This document shows positions 1-7,306 of a DNA stretch of 31,556 nt, piece by piece. Made by a program: the position numbers and the translations under genes. Where the stretch lies: positions 1 to 31,556 of the IMG/VR virus record IMGVR_UViG_3300031519_000134. One strand, given 5' to 3'. The first letter of the stretch is position 1, and every line of letters begins with the position of its first letter. The notes below the pieces were generated by a model that was given only the letters and a program-made list of their open reading frames with translations, searched no databases and was not told the origin of the DNA. Source of the DNA: a virus. Taxonomy: Duplodnaviria; Caudoviricetes.

Positions 1-123
1 ATACTAGGGCAAGATGATTTACCTACAAGTAATCATAGAAACAGTATTATGAAGGGTAAGACGTATACAGACAAAGTTCTTATAACTTCTATTAAAAACG
101 TAAACAAAGATAAAGAAAGATAA
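1..123 (+). CDS. 3' end of a hypothetical phage protein (truncated by window start)
   Basis: Frame 1 is open from base 1 (ILGQDDLPTSNHRNSIMKGKTYTDKVLITSIKNVNKDKER) to TAA at 121-123, followed by the next ATG at 125. Not in the ORF track. Confidence 0.7.
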   Translation: MLGQDDLPTSNHRNSIMKGKTYTDKVLITSIKNVNKDKER

Positions 124-124
124 T

Positions 125-325
125 ATGAATCCACTAACACAAGCAGGAGCAATTGACCCAACAACTGGAATGACAAATGTACCACCTAAACCTTCAAGTT
201 TAGTAGATCCTTTTAGCATTCAAACACAACAAGCAGCCCAAGGGATTTACGGAGGTCTTGAACAAAGACAGAACTCTGTAAACGCTACTCCTATGTTTAA
301 GAAAAAATGTAACAAAAAATACTAA
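125..325 (+). CDS. small hypothetical protein (66 aa)
   Basis: ATG ORF packed tightly between neighbours, with a basic C-terminus. Confidence 0.75.
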   Translation: MNPLTQAGAIDPTTGMTNVPPKPSSLVDPFSIQTQQAAQGIYGGLEQRQNSVNATPMFKKKCNKKY

Positions 326-326
326 T

Positions 327-530
327 ATGAAAAAAGATATTAAATCATTAGCTAATCAAAAGCTACAAGGACAAGTAGGTGAAAATGCTGTATGGGATGG
401 ACCATTAAGCAAAGAAGGTTTTCCAATGGGTGTAGGATCAAGCTCAGGTATAACAGGTATGCAAGTATCTAAATATCCTTGTGAGTACAAAGCTGGACCA
501 ATTACTCAATTAGCTAAAGCATACAAGTAA
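327..530 (+). CDS. small hypothetical protein (67 aa)
   Basis: ATG one base after the previous stop; TAATG coupling to the next gene. Confidence 0.8.
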   Translation: MKKDIKSLANQKLQGQVGENAVWDGPLSKEGFPMGVGSSSGITGMQVSKYPCEYKAGPITQLAKAYK

Positions 531-1063
531 TGAGTTCGCCATTTCAAAAAAACTTTTCAGCTAAAAGTCCAATAACAACATCACCTCTTAAAGCAGGTGG
601 CTATGCTTCAGGAGTAGACGGCATGCGATATGTTTCGCCAAAGCAGCCAAAGTCTAACACACTACCGGCTTCAAGACCTAAAAAAGATAAAACTCCTGAA
701 AGAGAAAAAATAAAGCCAATGGAAAAAACAATTGAAACCAACATTGTTACTCCTGAAACCAAAATAACAACAGAGGGTTTTCCTAGTGAAAAACAAATAA
801 TAAGTTTTAGAGGCGTATCTAACGAAAGACTTACCTATAAAGAAGCTTGGAAACGTGATTTAGAGGGCGTGCGCGGTAAATATAAAGATTATAAATCATA
901 TGTTGCCGATAGAACTGGGCAAAAGAAAGCTGATTCAAAAGGATATGAAGCAGATTTACTAGAAAAAACTGGCCGAGAAGATATTGGAGCGAGTGCAGCT
1001 ATTTTTTATGACAAACAAGATGGCGAAGGTGAACAAATATGGGGCGGTATATTTAATAAATAA
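530..1063 (+). CDS. hypothetical Lys-rich protein with N-terminal SP motifs (177 aa)
   Basis: TAATG overlap with the upstream gene; begins MSSPFQK..KSPITTSPLK. Confidence 0.8.
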   Translation: MSSPFQKNFSAKSPITTSPLKAGGYASGVDGMRYVSPKQPKSNTLPASRPKKDKTPEREKIKPMEKTIETNIVTPETKITTEGFPSEKQIISFRGVSNERLTYKEAWKRDLEGVRGKYKDYKSYVADRTGQKKADSKGYEADLLEKTGREDIGASAAIFYDKQDGEGEQIWGGIFNK

Positions 1064-1074
1064 TATAAATAATT

Positions 1075-1302
1075 ATGCATAAAGGACATTACGGAGAATA
1101 CAGCGGAAACGCAAAGCACTCAAAAGTTACAGCTTCTAATATGGGAGCTACAAAGAAAGACGACGAAGCACATATGAAGTATCTTAAAGAAGATATTGAT
1201 TATGATAATAAACACGGGCATAGCGATGAAAAAATGACAGCTGACGAAAAGCATATTTCAAAATTAGCTGGTGATTTAAAATACGACGAAAAAAAACACT
1301 AA
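1075..1302 (+). CDS. small His/Asp/Lys-rich protein with an internal helical repeat (75 aa)
   Basis: 8 His; repeats DDEAHMKYLKEDIDYDNKH and ADEKHISKLAGDLKYDEKKH. Confidence 0.8.
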   Translation: MHKGHYGEYSGNAKHSKVTASNMGATKKDDEAHMKYLKEDIDYDNKHGHSDEKMTADEKHISKLAGDLKYDEKKH

Positions 1303-1321
1303 CTAACTAAAAAATACAATT

Positions 1322-1555
1322 ATGCCTTACGGAAAAAAAGACTCAGCAATGAAAATGAAAGGATCTTGGATGTCAAAGCACGTTCAAAACCTATTTAAAG
1401 AAATGCCAATAGATAATAAAGCTTCAGCTCTAGAAATGGATAAAGGATCAGCTGCTTATATGAAAGACGATAAAGAATTAACAGCAGGTCAAAAAAAACT
1501 TGACAAAAACGGAAATGGTAAAATAGACGGAGAAGATTTCTCTATGATGAAATAA
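1322..1555 (+). CDS. small protein with a C-terminal EF-hand-like loop (77 aa)
   Basis: DKNGNGKIDGEDF fits the Dx[DN]x[DN]GxI Ca-binding loop pattern. Confidence 0.75.
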   Translation: MPYGKKDSAMKMKGSWMSKHVQNLFKEMPIDNKASALEMDKGSAAYMKDDKELTAGQKKLDKNGNGKIDGEDFSMMK

Positions 1556-1624
1556 TAAAACAGAGAGGACTGTACAAACCTCAGCCAAACATAAACACTA
1601 ACATAAACTTAAACAAAACAAAAA

Positions 1625-1987
1625 ATGGCAAAATTTTTAAAGATTGTATCTAGCGATGCAACAAACCCAGAAGTATTAATCGGAATTGATCAGATTACTC
1701 ACATTAAAAGAGACGTTACAAATCCAGACAGTGAAATTGAAATAGTCTATGGATCTGGAGCAGGCGCGGCTACTTGCACAATAACTTTTACAGGAGGAGC
1801 AGGAGTTGCGGTTGACGTGTTAAAAGCTTTTAATGCAGCCTTAACAGCAAATCCAGGTGGAATTGTTTCAACAGTAGGATCTCCGCTAGTATCAGCTCAA
1901 ACATTTGTGGGTGGAGCTATTGACGGAAGAATGGTTATTGACGATGCGGCAGTATACGTAACTTATACAGTCGTAACATTCGCGTAA
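1625..1987 (+). CDS. hypothetical beta-rich protein, possibly virion structural (120 aa)
   Basis: A-rich leader before the ATG; Gly/Ala/Thr/Val-rich composition. Confidence 0.75.
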   Translation: MAKFLKIVSSDATNPEVLIGIDQITHIKRDVTNPDSEIEIVYGSGAGAATCTITFTGGAGVAVDVLKAFNAALTANPGGIVSTVGSPLVSAQTFVGGAIDGRMVIDDAAVYVTYTVVTFA

Positions 1988-1989
1988 TT

Positions 1990-2145
1990 ATGAAATCAAC
2001 AGGTTTAGGAGACAGCGTAGAGAAGTTTACTAAAGCTACTGGTATCAAAACAATGGTAGACACAATAAGCAAGGGGCTGAACGTTCCTTGCGGTTGTGCT
2101 GCTAGAAAAGGAGCATTAAACAAGATATTTCCTTACAACAAATAA
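1990..2145 (+). CDS. small protein with GLGD and CGC motifs (51 aa)
   Basis: Translated by hand as MKSTGLGDSVEKFTKATGIKTMVDTISKGLNVPCGCAARKGALNKIFPYNK. It fills the gap between 1987 and 2149 and is absent from the ORF track. Confidence 0.8.
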   Translation: MKSTGLGDSVEKFTKATGIKTMVDTISKGLNVPCGCAARKGALNKIFPYNK

Positions 2146-2148
2146 CAT

Positions 2149-2457
2149 ATGGCTTTTAAACTATCAAACCCTCCATACAATTGCGATAACACACCAGTGT
2201 ATAATGTAGACATGGAAGATGGCGTAATGGGTAAAGCTAATAATAATGGTACTATAATCATTAATAAAGATTTAGATCCAAGTAAAGTTCACGATGTAAT
2301 CGCTCATGAAAAAGTTCATTTAGATCAAATGAAAAGAGGTGATTTAGATTACGATGATGATTTTGTATATTGGAAAGGTAAAAAATATTCACGAGCTGAT
2401 ATGGAAGAAGGGGCAAAGAATTTGCCTTGGGAAGCTGAAGCATATAGAAAAGCTTAA
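2149..2457 (+). CDS. zincin-like metallopeptidase (102 aa)
   Basis: AHEKVH (HExxH) preceded by a GTIIIN strand and followed by PWEAEAY, which can supply the third Zn ligand (Glu). Confidence 0.75.
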   Translation: MAFKLSNPPYNCDNTPVYNVDMEDGVMGKANNNGTIIINKDLDPSKVHDVIAHEKVHLDQMKRGDLDYDDDFVYWKGKKYSRADMEEGAKNLPWEAEAYRKA

Positions 2458-2856
2458 ATGAAAAAGATCTGGGAATGGTTAAGCGGTAACGTTATTAAAG
2501 ACGTTGGCGATGTAATCGATAAACTTACAACTACTGATGAAGAGAAACTTGAAATCAAGAAAGAGATACAGGTTATAGTTGAAAAAGCTAGTGCAGAAGC
2601 TGAAGATCAAATAAGCAAACGCTGGGAATCTGATATGACATCTGATTCGTGGCTTAGTAAAAACACGCGTCCTATGGCGCTTATATTTTTGTCATTTATG
2701 GCTATAGCTTTTATATGGGTTGATAGTCATCATGAAATATCATTTACTGTAGAACAGGAATGGATAGAATTATTAAAACAACTATTAACAACTGTGTATG
2801 TAGCTTACTTTGGTTCACGCGGTTTTGAAAAATATAAATCAATAAGTAACAAATAA
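2458..2856 (+). CDS. holin-like membrane protein (3TM/GTA-holin type)
   Basis: RWESDMTSDSWLSKNTRP followed by hydrophobic segments and YFGSRGFEK, the pattern of 3TM GTA-type holins. Confidence 0.65.
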   Translation: MKKIWEWLSGNVIKDVGDVIDKLTTTDEEKLEIKKEIQVIVEKASAEAEDQISKRWESDMTSDSWLSKNTRPMALIFLSFMAIAFIWVDSHHEISFTVEQEWIELLKQLLTTVYVAYFGSRGFEKYKSISNK

Positions 2857-2861
2857 AAAAA

Positions 2862-3737
2862 ATGGGACAATATCCAATAACAGCCGGAGTATTCGGCAAA
2901 GCTTTAGCAATACCTGGTACTGGTAATGGTGGTACAATCACTACGCCATCTGCTTGGTTATTTGAAAATCAATCAGGAACCTTAGGTACAAATTACAATA
3001 GCTCTCAAATATATGTTGGAGTAACAGGTGATGTTGTTGCTATATTATCAGATACTGTAGGAGCTCAAGACACAGTAACCGGTTTAAACTTACAAGCAGT
3101 ATTTACAGGAGCTAATCCTTCTTATACAGGTTTTGCAGCAGGATCAGGCTATGATGCGGCAACAAATGTAGCTACAACAGTTACTAGTTCAGTACATAAA
3201 TCACCAGCTAAACAACCAACTGGTTTAACAGTAGATATAACAGTACCTGTGCCAGCAGCTATTGCAAATCCAACAACAGCAGGAACTGGGTATAACGCAG
3301 GAGCAGTTACTTCAACAGCGGTAAATCCAAGTGTTGGAACAGGAATAACAGGAACTGTAACAGTTACAGCAAATGAAGTTACTGGGTTTACATTTACTTC
3401 TGGAGGTACAGGATATGTGATAGGAGATGTTGTAACTTTAGATCAAGCAGCTTCTGGAAACGATGCTACTATAACTTTAACTGAAGTAACTAATGGAGCT
3501 GTAACAGCTGTAACAATAGGAAACGCTGCAGGAGCTAATTACTCTGTAGGAGATATTATAACAGTAGCTCAAGGCGGTAGCGGATTAGACTGTAAGCTAG
3601 TAGTTGCTTCAGTAAGCAGTTTACTACCTGTTATAGGAGATGCTATAACATTTAAAGACGTTCAAGCGGGTTCAATTTTACCAGTAGCAATCGATTACGT
3701 GGTAACTTGTCCAGCTAATTCAGTAGCGTTAAAATAA
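2862..3737 (+). CDS. virion decoration / head-spike-base-like protein with inserted GxGY beta repeats (291 aa)
   Basis: IYVGVTGDV...ITFKDVQAGSILPVAIDYV resembles the small RcGTA spike-base family. It is interrupted by about 190 aa of Gly/Thr-rich GxGY...GD repeats. Confidence 0.6.
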   Translation: MGQYPITAGVFGKALAIPGTGNGGTITTPSAWLFENQSGTLGTNYNSSQIYVGVTGDVVAILSDTVGAQDTVTGLNLQAVFTGANPSYTGFAAGSGYDAATNVATTVTSSVHKSPAKQPTGLTVDITVPVPAAIANPTTAGTGYNAGAVTSTAVNPSVGTGITGTVTVTANEVTGFTFTSGGTGYVIGDVVTLDQAASGNDATITLTEVTNGAVTAVTIGNAAGANYSVGDIITVAQGGSGLDCKLVVASVSSLLPVIGDAITFKDVQAGSILPVAIDYVVTCPANSVALK

Positions 3738-3787
3738 TAATAAAACGTGTAACTATATCAATATAAACAATTAAATAAAATCAAATT

Positions 3788-4051
3788 ATGAGTAAAGAAA
3801 AACAAATGGTAAAAGCAATGATTACTGAAGAGCAATTAAAAACTGTTCAAGATCAACAAGCTAAATTAACTGAAGGGTTGAGAACACTAGGAGTATTAGA
3901 TGTTCAAAAACAAAACGTTCACGGGCAAATAGCTGAGTTATCTAAAGAGATTGAAGATACAAAAAAAGAGCTAGAAGATGAATATGGTCAAGTAAACATT
4001 GACTTGAAAGACGGTTCTTATACTGAGATCGAAAAAGAAGATGACAAATAA
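3788..4051 (+). CDS. hypothetical coiled-coil protein (87 aa)
   Basis: Heptad-like Leu/Glu/Gln pattern; C-terminal EYGQVNIDLKDGSY. Confidence 0.8.
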   Translation: MSKEKQMVKAMITEEQLKTVQDQQAKLTEGLRTLGVLDVQKQNVHGQIAELSKEIEDTKKELEDEYGQVNIDLKDGSYTEIEKEDDK

Positions 4052-4268
4052 TATAAGAAAAATCAGCATAGGTTCTGATTATAAAAATGATGCTATGCAT
4101 TATTCTGTAGGCCAACAGGTTTATGGAGGACATGAGATATCACATATTTTATTAAATGAATCTGATGGTTCTTATAACATTCACATTAAAAAAAACAACG
4201 AGGTAATGCCATGGAAGAAGTTTAATTCTAACATGGCAATATCCGTTGAATACGATTTAGAGTATTGA
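4041..4268 (+). CDS. hypothetical protein (75 aa)
   Basis: Overlaps both neighbours by a few bases; globular composition. Confidence 0.8.
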   Translation: MTNNIRKISIGSDYKNDAMHYSVGQQVYGGHEISHILLNESDGSYNIHIKKNNEVMPWKKFNSNMAISVEYDLEY

Positions 4269-4873
4269 TGAGAAGCTTGTACGATTTTATTGTTGAGCCA
4301 TTAGGTGAAAAATACAGTAATAAAGTCAAGGTTGGAGATAAAGAGTTAATTATAAATACAAAAATAGAAGATTTTAAATTTGTAAATAGATTAGCTAAAG
4401 TTTTAGAAACACCCAAGGCATTTAATACGGGTATTGAAATAGGTGATATAATTGTTATACACCAAAACGTGTTTAGAGTATTCTATGACATGAAAGGAAT
4501 TAAAAAGAAAAGTAGATCTTGGTTTAAAGATGACTTACATTTTTGTGCTATAGATCAAATCTATTTATATAAAAATAAAGAAGGTTGGCATTCATTTGGT
4601 GACCGCTGCTTTATAACTCCAATAAAAGACAATCAGTCTTTAACGCTAGATAAAGAACAAAGCCTTATTGGTATATTAAAATACGGCAATAGTTCCTTAA
4701 AAGCACTCGGTATTAATCCCGGTGACCTTGTAGGTTATACACCTAATGGTGAGTGGGAATTTTTAATTGATGGCAAGCGTTTATATTGTATGAAATCTAA
4801 TGATATTGTAATTAAATATGAATACCAAGGAAACGAAGTTGAATATAATCCAAGCTGGGCAAGTAGCAGTTGA
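4265..4873 (+). CDS. co-chaperonin GroES-like protein, apparently two tandem domains (likely start ATG 4268)
   Basis: Two GroES-like units: LYDFIVEP..AKVLETP..IEIGDIIVI and FGDRCFITP..GILKY..INPGDLVGY..LYCMKSNDI. Confidence 0.55.
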   Translation: MMRSLYDFIVEPLGEKYSNKVKVGDKELIINTKIEDFKFVNRLAKVLETPKAFNTGIEIGDIIVIHQNVFRVFYDMKGIKKKSRSWFKDDLHFCAIDQIYLYKNKEGWHSFGDRCFITPIKDNQSLTLDKEQSLIGILKYGNSSLKALGINPGDLVGYTPNGEWEFLIDGKRLYCMKSNDIVIKYEYQGNEVEYNPSWASSS

Positions 4874-5093
4874 GGAACTGATCAAGGTAGCTAAAGAAGC
4901 TATTGTTGATTCAGGAGACGATATAACGGCAGATAGATTAAAAAATGCAGCAGCTACAAAAAAGCTAGCTATATTTGATGCTTTTGAAATACTAAGTAGA
5001 TTAGAAGCTGAAGAAAACTTGTTAAATGAAAAACCTGAAGAAGTAAAAGAAGAAAAGTCTTTTAGAGGTTTTGCTGAAGGAAGATCTAAGTAA
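4818..5093 (+). CDS. putative terminase small subunit (91 aa)
   Basis: Small helical protein directly upstream of terL and TAATG-coupled to it. The function call is positional. Confidence 0.5.
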   Translation: MNTKETKLNIIQAGQVAVEELIKVAKEAIVDSGDDITADRLKNAAATKKLAIFDAFEILSRLEAEENLLNEKPEEVKEEKSFRGFAEGRSK

Positions 5094-7306
5094 TGTACGA
5101 GCAAACTTTATATGAAGTCTTAAAAGACTACGTTAAACCTAAAGTTCTTAATAGAATGAATAGGTATAAGAAATGGGAATATGGTTACAATGCTGAGCAT
5201 GATTTAATAGTTATTAGTAAAACAGGTGAAATAGGTGAGATATATAAGATACAAAACCTTGTAATTGCTTTACCTAAAGAGAAAGATGTTGTAGAGTTTA
5301 AAGACGACAAATGGTCTTACACACAATATCCTAAAGAATTAAGTGTAATCAAATCCGTATTTGATTGGGAAGAATACCCTTTGGATTTTAAAGAAAAATG
5401 GTATGACTACATCGATAAAGAATTTACAAGACGTGAAGAAGGTTTTTGGTTTGTTAACAAAGGTAAGTCTACTTATATTACTGGTACTAACTACATGTAC
5501 TTGCAGTGGAGTAAGATTGACGTCGGGCAACCGGACTTTCGTGAATCAAACAGATTATTCTACATATTTTGGGAAGCTTGTAAATCCGATGTTAGATCCT
5601 ATGGAATGTGTTACCTTAAGAACAGGCGATCCGGTTTTTCGTTTATGGCAAGTGGGGAAACCGTTAACCAAGCAACGATATCTACAGATGCTAGATTTGG
5701 TATACTCTCTAAATCTGGACCCGACGCAAAGAAGATGTTTACTGACAAAGTTGTCCCGATATCGGTCAATTACCCTTTCTTTTTCAAACCAATACAGGAC
5801 GGTATGGACAGGCCAAAGACAGAGCTTGCGTACAGAGTCCCAGCCTCCAAGTTTACCAGAAGAAAACTTGATTCAAATGAAAAATTACAGGAAATTACCG
5901 GTCTTGACACGACCATCGATTGGAAAAACACCGGCGACAACTCCTATGACGGGGAGAAGCTTAAACTTCTCGTCCACGATGAATCGGGGAAATGGGAAAG
6001 GCCGACGAACATCCTCAACAACTGGCGAGTAACAAGAACTTGTTTACGATTAGGTTCTAGAATTATAGGTAAATGCATGATGGGGTCAACCTCAAATGCT
6101 TTAGATAAAGGAGGCGGTAACTTTAAAAAACTATACAATGACTCAGACGTTACGCAAAGAAACGCCAATGGACAGACACGCTCAGGACTCTATTCTTTGT
6201 TCATACCTATGGAGTGGAATTACGAAGGATACATTGATTCTTATGGCTTTCCTGTATTCAACACACCCAAGAAAGAAATTGAAGGACCGTTTGGTGAAAA
6301 AATAACACAAGGCGTAATAGAGTATTGGAACAATGAAGTAGAAGGTTTAAAGTCTGATCAAGATGGTTTAAATGAATTTTACAGACAGTTTCCACGCACA
6401 ACTAAGCATGCATTTAGAGATGAATCAAAACAATCTCTATTTAACTTAACAAAAATATACGAGCAAATAGATTTTAACGAAGATCTTAAAAACTCAATTA
6501 AAGTAACAAAAGGAAGTTTTCAATGGGAGAACGGACAGCAAGATACTAAAGTTATATTCATACCAAACAAAGACGGTAGATTTTTAGTTAGCTGGGTTCC
6601 ATCTGAAAACTTACAAAATAAAAGATATATAAAAAATGGCACTAATTATCCTGGTAATGAACATTGCGGAGCATTTGGTTGTGATCCATATGATATATCA
6701 GGAACTGTGGACGGTAGAGGATCCAAGGGCTCTCTTCATGGTTTAACTAAGTTTTCAATGGAGGATGTACCTCCTAACCATTTCTTTTTAGAATATATAG
6801 CTAGACCACAAACAGCTGAGATATTTTTTGAAGATGTTTTAATGGCTTGCGTTTTTTACGGCATGCCAATACTAGCTGAGAACAATAAGCCTAGATTGTT
6901 ATATTATTTTAAACGAAGAAACTATAGAGGGTTTTCAATTAACAGACCTGATAGAAAATACAACAAGTTGTCAGTCACAGAAAGAGAGTTAGGTGGTATA
7001 CCAAATTCAAGTGAAGACATAAAACAAGCACATGCTGCGGCTATAGAAACTTACATAAACGATTTTGTAGGTTTAAAAGAAACAGGTTATGGAGATGTAT
7101 ATTTCCAAAGAACATTAGAAGATTGGGCTACGTTTAATATTAATAATAGAACAAAGCATGATGCATCTATAAGTTCAGGACTTGCTTTAATGGCTTGTAA
7201 TAAACATAGATATGCTCCAAGCAGTCAAAGACCAAAACCTCAACCTATGGATTTAGGTATTAAAAAGTACGATAACAAAGGTTCAACATCAAAAATAATA
7301 AGTTAA
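5093..7306 (+). CDS. terL: terminase large subunit
   Basis: Walker A-like KNRRSGFS, Walker B LLVHDE, coupling motif GSTS, RNase H-like nuclease motifs FGCDPYD and KHD; followed by the portal gene. Confidence 0.9.
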   Translation: MYEQTLYEVLKDYVKPKVLNRMNRYKKWEYGYNAEHDLIVISKTGEIGEIYKIQNLVIALPKEKDVVEFKDDKWSYTQYPKELSVIKSVFDWEEYPLDFKEKWYDYIDKEFTRREEGFWFVNKGKSTYITGTNYMYLQWSKIDVGQPDFRESNRLFYIFWEACKSDVRSYGMCYLKNRRSGFSFMASGETVNQATISTDARFGILSKSGPDAKKMFTDKVVPISVNYPFFFKPIQDGMDRPKTELAYRVPASKFTRRKLDSNEKLQEITGLDTTIDWKNTGDNSYDGEKLKLLVHDESGKWERPTNILNNWRVTRTCLRLGSRIIGKCMMGSTSNALDKGGGNFKKLYNDSDVTQRNANGQTRSGLYSLFIPMEWNYEGYIDSYGFPVFNTPKKEIEGPFGEKITQGVIEYWNNEVEGLKSDQDGLNEFYRQFPRTTKHAFRDESKQSLFNLTKIYEQIDFNEDLKNSIKVTKGSFQWENGQQDTKVIFIPNKDGRFLVSWVPSENLQNKRYIKNGTNYPGNEHCGAFGCDPYDISGTVDGRGSKGSLHGLTKFSMEDVPPNHFFLEYIARPQTAEIFFEDVLMACVFYGMPILAENNKPRLLYYFKRRNYRGFSINRPDRKYNKLSVTERELGGIPNSSEDIKQAHAAAIETYINDFVGLKETGYGDVYFQRTLEDWATFNINNRTKHDASISSGLALMACNKHRYAPSSQRPKPQPMDLGIKKYDNKGSTSKIIS
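5403..6032 (+). CDS. candidate overprinted ORF in the +1 frame of terL (209 aa from ATG 5403; frame open from 5361)
   Basis: 224 codons without an internal stop in AT-rich DNA, with a local shift of terL codons to CTT/ATC/GTC and C/G endings. Confidence 0.4.
   Translation: MTTSIKNLQDVKKVFGLLTKVSLLILLVLTTCTCSGVRLTSGNRTFVNQTDYSTYFGKLVNPMLDPMECVTLRTGDPVFRLWQVGKPLTKQRYLQMLDLVYSLNLDPTQRRCLLTKLSRYRSITLSFSNQYRTVWTGQRQSLRTESQPPSLPEENLIQMKNYRKLPVLTRPSIGKTPATTPMTGRSLNFSSTMNRGNGKGRRTSSTTGE

Noticed and set aside
1556-1624. Intergenic GAGG...CCTC hairpin and AACATAAAC duplication as an ncRNA or repeat element
   Set aside because: Only a 4-bp stem and a 9-nt A/C-rich duplication; insufficient support.
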